Sequence record: SRR20825010_1474
Direction: 5' to 3' (one strand)
DNA: 52,948 nt
The notes beneath the pieces are model-generated. The model made no database searches. It was not told the DNA's origin and worked only from the letters and a program-made list of their open reading frames with translations. Positions 47,452-52,948 of the stretch are shown piece after piece. Positions within the stretch are counted from its first letter, which is position 1, and each line of letters begins with the position of its first letter. Position numbers and translations under genes: made by a program.

Positions 47452-49713
47452 ATGAAGTATTGCTTACATTTGACCTTACTTTTTTTATCTTCCATTATTT
47501 ATGCCCAAAACCTACCTGGCACAAAATTGAAGATCAAAAAGTCCCATGGCGACATCGTGCTGGACGGGGTTTTGGATGAAAATGCCTGGAAGGAAGCCGA
47601 CGTAGCTGATGATTGGTATCAAAACTTTCCGGTAGATAGTTTGCCCTCCCCTTTTCAAACAGAGGCTCGGATGACTTACAACGACGAGTTTCTATATGTA
47701 TCCTTTGTATGTTATGACGATGACACGCCAGATGTAGTGAGCACCCTTAGAAGGGATTTTAGTTACGCCATCAACGATAATGTTTCCTTTATATTTGGAC
47801 CGTACAATGACCGTTTAAACGGGTATTTCTTTAATGTAACTGCCATAGGGGCTCAGAGAGAGGGAACTGTATCCAGTGGCGGAAATGGAGAAAACGCCTT
47901 CAATATATATTGGGACAATAAGTGGTACTCCAAGGTTGTAAGATACGAGGACAAGTGGATTGCCGAATTGGCAATCCCGTTCAAAAGTTTTAAATACAAG
48001 AGTGATGTTAAGGAATGGAACGTTACTTTTGATCGTCTAGATAAAAAACGGAATATAAAGTCGGCCTGGGTACGCACCCCACGACAATTCTATACCGGTA
48101 CCTTTGCCTATGCGGGGCAGCTTGTTTGGGAGGGTCCTATTCCCAAAGCCAGTTCCAACATTTCACTTATCCCTTATATCTCTGGAGGTGCATTCGAAGA
48201 TAGGGAGGTAGACCCAACAGATTCCTCAACAGAACTACAGACTGGATTCGATGCCAAAGTAAGCATTAGCCCATCAATGAATTTAGACCTTACGGTGAAT
48301 CCCGATTTCTCCCAAATAGAAGTTGATGAACAAATACTAAATTTATCAAGGTTCGAATTTAGGTTCCCGGAACGCAGACAATTTTTCCTAGAAAATAGCG
48401 ACCTTTTTGACAATGCCGGTTTTGATTCGGCCAGACCCTTTTTCTCCAGACGTATCGGCATAATCCAGGATTCTACCGGAATTCCCCAGAAAGTACCTAT
48501 AATGTATGGGGCTAGACTTAGTGGAACTATAAACGAAAAATGGCGCTTAGGGGTCATGAATATGCATACAAAGAAAATGTTGGAATTGGGATTACCTGCC
48601 CAAAACTATACCGTGGCCACGGTTCAAAGAATGTTTCACGAACAATCCAGTTTTTCCATGACCTTTGTCAACAAAGAAAGTTTGGGGGTAACGGAAAGTG
48701 ATTCCCTGAAATATTACCACCCTAGTATTTTTGGCAGACCTACCTTGGAAGATCGCCTTAGGCCCAACACTTATAATAGGGTCCTTGATGCCGATTTAGT
48801 ACTGAGAAGTAAGGATAACAGGTGGTACCACAGTTCGTTCCTGGCACAATCCTTCGACAATAGAAACAAAGCCAAGACCATGTCCGGCTCAGCCTTCTTT
48901 CAATATTCGGACCGTAGTCTTTTGGCTAATTTGGGAGCCTTCTTTGTCGATAAAAACTTTAATGCCGAAGTTGGTTATGTACCGGGAAGTATGGTATATC
49001 CAGGACAAATGGGCTATTATTCCGAAGTAGCCTACAAAATTTACCCTGAGAACAACAGTTTACTTTATTCAGGGCCCCAAGCCAGAATAAATGACACTTA
49101 TTTACCTAATGGTAATTTGGTAGACAGGGAATTTGCCATAGGCTACGTATTCAATTTTAAAAATTCTGCAAACCTAACCTTCGATTTAGCCCATATTTTT
49201 CAACAATTGACCTTTGATTTTAATCCTGTAAACAATGTGGAATCCAGAAAATTTTTGGAAGGCGAGGAATATCGTTGGAATACTATTTCTGCTTCCTATC
49301 AAAGTAACACGGTGAAGAAAATGAATTTCCTATTAAATTCAACTTATGGCGGATTTTACAATGGCACCAATCTAAATATATCAGGGCAGCTGGATATGCG
49401 CTTTCAACCCTACGTAAATATTGCCATGCGTTTTGACTATAATAATCTTAAATTGGATGAAGATTATGGTGAAGCAGAGTTATTTCTTCTAGGACCAAAG
49501 CTGGATGTTACCTTTACGGATAAGCTTTTCTTTACGGGTTATTACCAGTACAATAATTTAACGGACAACATGAATTTGAATGCTAGGTTTCAATGGCGAT
49601 ATAAACCGGCTTCAGATTTCTATATCGTTTATACTGAAAATTATTTCCCTTCCAATTTTACGAGCAAGAATAGGGCTTTGGTATTTAAACTTACCTATTG
49701 GATAAATCTTTAA
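47452..49713 (+). CDS. CBM9-like / DUF5916 outer-membrane protein
   Basis: Signal peptide, IVLDGVLDE..W, ELAIPFKS, DLTVNPDFSQIEVD, FPERRQFFLE, C-terminal KLTYWINL. Confidence 0.82.
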   Translation: MKYCLHLTLLFLSSIIYAQNLPGTKLKIKKSHGDIVLDGVLDENAWKEADVADDWYQNFPVDSLPSPFQTEARMTYNDEFLYVSFVCYDDDTPDVVSTLRRDFSYAINDNVSFIFGPYNDRLNGYFFNVTAIGAQREGTVSSGGNGENAFNIYWDNKWYSKVVRYEDKWIAELAIPFKSFKYKSDVKEWNVTFDRLDKKRNIKSAWVRTPRQFYTGTFAYAGQLVWEGPIPKASSNISLIPYISGGAFEDREVDPTDSSTELQTGFDAKVSISPSMNLDLTVNPDFSQIEVDEQILNLSRFEFRFPERRQFFLENSDLFDNAGFDSARPFFSRRIGIIQDSTGIPQKVPIMYGARLSGTINEKWRLGVMNMHTKKMLELGLPAQNYTVATVQRMFHEQSSFSMTFVNKESLGVTESDSLKYYHPSIFGRPTLEDRLRPNTYNRVLDADLVLRSKDNRWYHSSFLAQSFDNRNKAKTMSGSAFFQYSDRSLLANLGAFFVDKNFNAEVGYVPGSMVYPGQMGYYSEVAYKIYPENNSLLYSGPQARINDTYLPNGNLVDREFAIGYVFNFKNSANLTFDLAHIFQQLTFDFNPVNNVESRKFLEGEEYRWNTISASYQSNTVKKMNFLLNSTYGGFYNGTNLNISGQLDMRFQPYVNIAMRFDYNNLKLDEDYGEAELFLLGPKLDVTFTDKLFFTGYYQYNNLTDNMNLNARFQWRYKPASDFYIVYTENYFPSNFTSKNRALVFKLTYWINL

Positions 49714-49734
49714 GCTGCCTATTTTCTTTCTCTA

Positions 49735-50754
49735 TTATTTCCTGCTAAAAATATGATGTTGGGTTGCTGTAAAATAATCACAGAAAATTTGGTTTAACTT
49801 ATTGCCTTTTGTACTTGCCTTCACTCCCAAACTTGGAAAGATTTCTATGATATTCCGAGAAATTCCTTTCACCGATTGAACTGCTACATTGTGTATTTCT
49901 TCCATATAATCCGCCTCAATTGCCCTTTTTTCATCAATCCTTTTCTCAATTTCATTGGCGTAAGAGAATATTTTTTGATCGGACTCCAAAATAGTATTTT
50001 CCAAAGCGTTCAACTTCCCTTTGCCCATATCTGAACCGGCTTCTTCCATTAAATGTTCAGCTATTCCAATATAATTTATCCATAAAGTTAAATCGGCAAA
50101 TAGGGCAAAGGGAATTTTAAAAACAGGGTGAGGCAAATAGCAATCATTATAGCTGAAACTACAGCTCTTATGAGCCAAATAACCTGCAACAGCAAAAGAG
50201 TGGGTGGCGGTAGCTTTTAGCCCCATGGTATTCCAATCTTCAATTACCTGCACTGCATCTTTAGGAATTACAAATGACTGCACCCTAGGCGACCCGTCAT
50301 TATTCCGCAATAAGATCCCGTTATCCACAATTTCCGCGTTCAATGTGAAATGTGTGAGGTAGGGAGCACCAGTGGCATAGCGCCATTTTCCCGAAATTCT
50401 GTAATAATCACCAACTATTTCAGCCGTACCAAAAACCCCTCCACTTCCCCCTAAACAAGGGGAAACCCCTGTCGTCATAAAAATTTCCTGAGCTTTAATT
50501 GGCTGTAAATTGCCTATAAAATAATTGGCCCCACTACATAGTGTGATGGTCCATCCCAAGCTGGCATCAATCTTGGCCAATTCCCTAAGCCGGGCCAATC
50601 CCGCTGTTAGGGATAGTTCCAATCCACCATAAGTTTTAGGGACCCATATGTTCCATAGGTTTTCATTTATGATCCAATCCAAAACATCTTGTGGAAATAC
50701 ATCGACTTCCCAATTTATTCTACTATGCTTGTGCAGGCTGTCTACTAATGTCAT
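49735..50754 (-). CDS. Acyl-CoA dehydrogenase-fold flavin-dependent monooxygenase-like protein
   Basis: VPKTYGG, DASLGW, ISGKWRYATGA, DWNTMGLKATATH; overlaps the pnuC-like stop. Confidence 0.8.
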   Translation of the reverse strand: MTLVDSLHKHSRINWEVDVFPQDVLDWIINENLWNIWVPKTYGGLELSLTAGLARLRELAKIDASLGWTITLCSGANYFIGNLQPIKAQEIFMTTGVSPCLGGSGGVFGTAEIVGDYYRISGKWRYATGAPYLTHFTLNAEIVDNGILLRNNDGSPRVQSFVIPKDAVQVIEDWNTMGLKATATHSFAVAGYLAHKSCSFSYNDCYLPHPVFKIPFALFADLTLWINYIGIAEHLMEEAGSDMGKGKLNALENTILESDQKIFSYANEIEKRIDEKRAIEADYMEEIHNVAVQSVKGISRNIIEIFPSLGVKASTKGNKLNQIFCDYFTATQHHIFSRK

Positions 50755-51325
50755 CTATAATTAATTTTCTCCATTTAAAATATCCCGAGGTTCCCACTAT
50801 AAACAAGAAAATGGTGAGGCCTGCATAAATGTACAGTTCTTTGTAAAAGAGCAAGGGAATTGAAATTATATTACTAATATTTAAGTAGATCCAATTCTCC
50901 ATTTTTCTTTTGGCCATGAGCCACATCCCGGCCCAGGCAAAGGCACTAACAGCCGCATCCCAGATAGGAACATCCGAATTGGTATGAAATCTTAGCCAGT
51001 AGACCATAAGTGCAAAACAGGCGATCACAATACCAACTGCCTTTATTTGTTCCGCCTTATTCGAGTAAGTGATAGGAGTTTCTTCTTTTTGTCTACCATA
51101 CTTCCAATAAAGCCAACCGTAGATACTCATAAGCAAATAGTATAGATGAAGTATAATATCCGCATACAGTTTTGTTTGGTATAGGACCCAAATACCAATT
51201 AAAATGGAAACAATTCCAAATAAATAATTATGGATATTATTATTCCTTGCCAATAGCACTTGGGCTACTCCAAGGACTGTTCCAATTGCCTGTAACCATG
51301 TAAGCTGTGTGAAAAAATTCTCCAT
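50723..51325 (-). CDS. pnuC: PnuC-family vitamin transporter, probably thiamine-specific (PnuT-like)
   Basis: NYLFG, LYAD, YGWLYW, WLMAKRKMENW; directly downstream of a TPP riboswitch. Confidence 0.9.
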   Translation of the reverse strand: MENFFTQLTWLQAIGTVLGVAQVLLARNNNIHNYLFGIVSILIGIWVLYQTKLYADIILHLYYLLMSIYGWLYWKYGRQKEETPITYSNKAEQIKAVGIVIACFALMVYWLRFHTNSDVPIWDAAVSAFAWAGMWLMAKRKMENWIYLNISNIISIPLLFYKELYIYAGLTIFLFIVGTSGYFKWRKLIIDDISRQPAQA

Positions 51326-51400
51326 CGATTCCCTAACTTTAATTTATGAAATGGGAAGATGAAGAAAGTAGTGATTTGCAATGGTGCAACATCGAACTAA

Positions 51401-51491
51401 AATCCCTACGCCGGCATTATCCGGATCAGGTTCGGAGTTAAAACTCCTGGGTATCATCTCAGCCTGCCCATATTGGCAAGCACCCCATTTC
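51401..51491 (-). ncRNA. TPP riboswitch (THI element)
   Basis: Minus strand reads GGGGTGC...GCTGAGATGATACCC...GAACCTGATCCGGATAATGCCGGCGTAGGGA. Confidence 0.96.
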
Positions 51492-51496
51492 AAAGA

Positions 51497-51504
51497 CAAA
51501 GCTA
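51497..51504 (-). promoter_or_regulatory. Bacteroidota -7 promoter element for the riboswitch leader
   Basis: TAGCTTTG on the minus strand, 5 nt before the aptamer. Confidence 0.7.
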
Positions 51505-51639
51505 AAACTAATTTGCGATTTGCACTCCGTTTTTGGATATGTATTTAAAAAAAAGATTGTTTAAAGCCGGATAGCCATACTCGAAAGTAAAAGTATAACC
51601 ATAAAATAGGTCTGTCATCCAGGTTAAGATGGTGAATAT

Positions 51640-52509
51640 CTAATCCTTCTTCACCAAAGTATTCAACACCAAGGCCGAAATGATCATAAATAGTCCAATA
51701 AAACTATAAATAGTGTAGGACTCATTGAACCATAAAACACCAATGGAAATTGTAAAAATTACCTCAATGTATTTTAAGGGAGCAACCAGGTTTGTTTTTG
51801 CAATTTGAAATGCCTTGGTCATATATATTTGCCCCATGAAACCAAATACACCTAACAATAGTAAAAACATCCATTCGTAACCTATAGGCCTAACCCAAAC
51901 AGCTATAGCCAAAAGTCCGCCAATTACGGTCCCTACGAACATAAAATAATTTACTACAACTGCAGGGTGATCGGAAACCCCTATTTTTCTAATAACCACA
52001 TAAACCATTCCACTAAAAACAGAGGCGGTTAAGATGAGGGTCAGCCCTATAGTATTAATATTGCCATCAAACCCTTTTAAAACCAGTACCCCTGCAAAGG
52101 CTGTCAGGAAGAAAAGCCATTGAATATTTTTCAACTTTTCCCTTAACAAGAAAACCGCAAAAACAGCAGCAAAAATAGGGGCTATATACCTTAATGAAAC
52201 TGCAGTACCAACATTCAAGTATTTTAAGGAAAAAAAGAACAAACTCATAGCCGTTAGGCCCAACACAGCTCTTAACAACATAAGTCTTCTCTTGATACCA
52301 AATATGGGAATCCCCTTGACCAAAATATAGGTTGTTGCCAACACCAAGGAACCAAAACATCTAAAGAATACAATTTGAAATGTTGGGATCCGGTTTAAAT
52401 ACTTCACGGATACATTCATCAACGCAAATGAAAAGGTACTGATGGTCATAAAAAGCAATGCTTTTTTAAAATCCAGTCCGGAAGATTTACTCCATTTAAT
52501 ATGTAACAA
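51640..52509 (-). CDS. DMT/EamA family transporter
   Basis: QIVFFR, LLRAVLG, APIF...LLREK, QIYMTKAF, VAPLKY; true start may be 52476 or 52449. Confidence 0.9.
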   Translation of the reverse strand: MLHIKWSKSSGLDFKKALLFMTISTFSFALMNVSVKYLNRIPTFQIVFFRCFGSLVLATTYILVKGIPIFGIKRRLMLLRAVLGLTAMSLFFFSLKYLNVGTAVSLRYIAPIFAAVFAVFLLREKLKNIQWLFFLTAFAGVLVLKGFDGNINTIGLTLILTASVFSGMVYVVIRKIGVSDHPAVVVNYFMFVGTVIGGLLAIAVWVRPIGYEWMFLLLLGVFGFMGQIYMTKAFQIAKTNLVAPLKYIEVIFTISIGVLWFNESYTIYSFIGLFMIISALVLNTLVKKD

Positions 52510-52690
52510 AATAGCGTTGTTGTTTTGCCAAGGCCAATATTTATTGGCCTAAAATCGCTAAGGTATAAAAACCTCGCCCATACTTCCTTTAAGAACAGTA
52601 TGAATTGTCCTAATTTGATGAATTTCATGATTTTTAACCGGACACAGTCGCAGAGGTTGGTGAAATTAATTAGCTGTGTTTGGTTCTTAT

Positions 52691-52906
52691 GATAATCCGA
52701 CACAGGCTGGCGCCTGTACGAATTTTTTTGTTTTCCTCAGCTTAAGTGCCTGGCGGCAAAAGGTATAAAACAAATTTAAAAACCAATAGAGGATTACCTC
52801 GCTCTGCTCGGTGATCCTTCAGGGGGGGTCGATGCTCAAGATAATCCGACACGGGCTGGCGCCTGTCCGTATTTTTTGTTTTCCTCAGCTTAAGTGCTTA
52901 GCGGCA
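52691..52906. repeat. Two ~68-bp direct repeats with internal palindromes flanking another hairpin (REP/BIME-like)
   Basis: 52691-52758 and 52840-52906: GATAATCCGACAC(A/G)GGCTGGCGCCTGT...TTTTCCTCAGCTTAAGTGC...GCGGCA; hairpin GAGGATTACC/GGTGATCCTT at 52789-52819. Confidence 0.85.
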
Positions 52907-52948
52907 CTACGCGTTGGAAAATCGGATAGGAGGAACGGGATTAATTCC

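Noticed and set aside
1547-52703. Numerous 60-150 aa ORFs antisense or out of frame within larger genes (e.g. 27795-28241, 29349-29765, 11565-11969, 52446-52703)
   Set aside because: They overlap well-supported genes, show no recognisable motifs and look like shadow ORFs.
52691-52906. Possible CRISPR array
   Set aside because: Only two copies; the repeat (~68 bp) and spacer (~81 bp) are too long, and no cas gene is in the window.

Overview
AT-rich chromosomal window from a Bacteroidota genome, most likely Flavobacteriaceae. The evidence is TAnnTTTG-type -7 promoter elements, A-rich translation starts without Shine-Dalgarno sites, and typical gene families. No rRNA, tRNA, CRISPR array or intact mobile element is visible. 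Contents in order: (i) an AsmA-like protein and a small outer-membrane barrel; (ii) an acyl-CoA catabolic operon (2 SDRs, MaoC-crotonase fusion, ACAD plus APH kinase, ACAD10/11- or Lva-like); (iii) a ~17 kb locus joining an H-NOX / PAS-kinase / Hpt / LytTR phosphorelay to a glycan machinery (TPR-barrel, flippase, GT4, clan GH-A hydrolase, Ig-like lipoprotein, GT-C-like membrane protein, receiver-GT2 fusion). Four promoters in that locus share a 21-bp-period AlgR/LytTR-like direct repeat, making it the best candidate for an undescribed system; (iv) sulfatase, SBF transporter, an FNR-like-boxed ADH/USP group, a TonB receptor-PepSY pair with palindromic boxes, nhaA and FUSC; (v) a CarH/LitR-like B12 photoreceptor with three equally spaced operator-like sites and a light/oxidative-stress gene set including folE and a glutathione peroxidase; (vi) a TPP riboswitch controlling a PnuC-type transporter plus a flavin monooxygenase-like gene; (vii) REP-like repeats at both ends. 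All family assignments come from motif recognition by eye, not from database searches.
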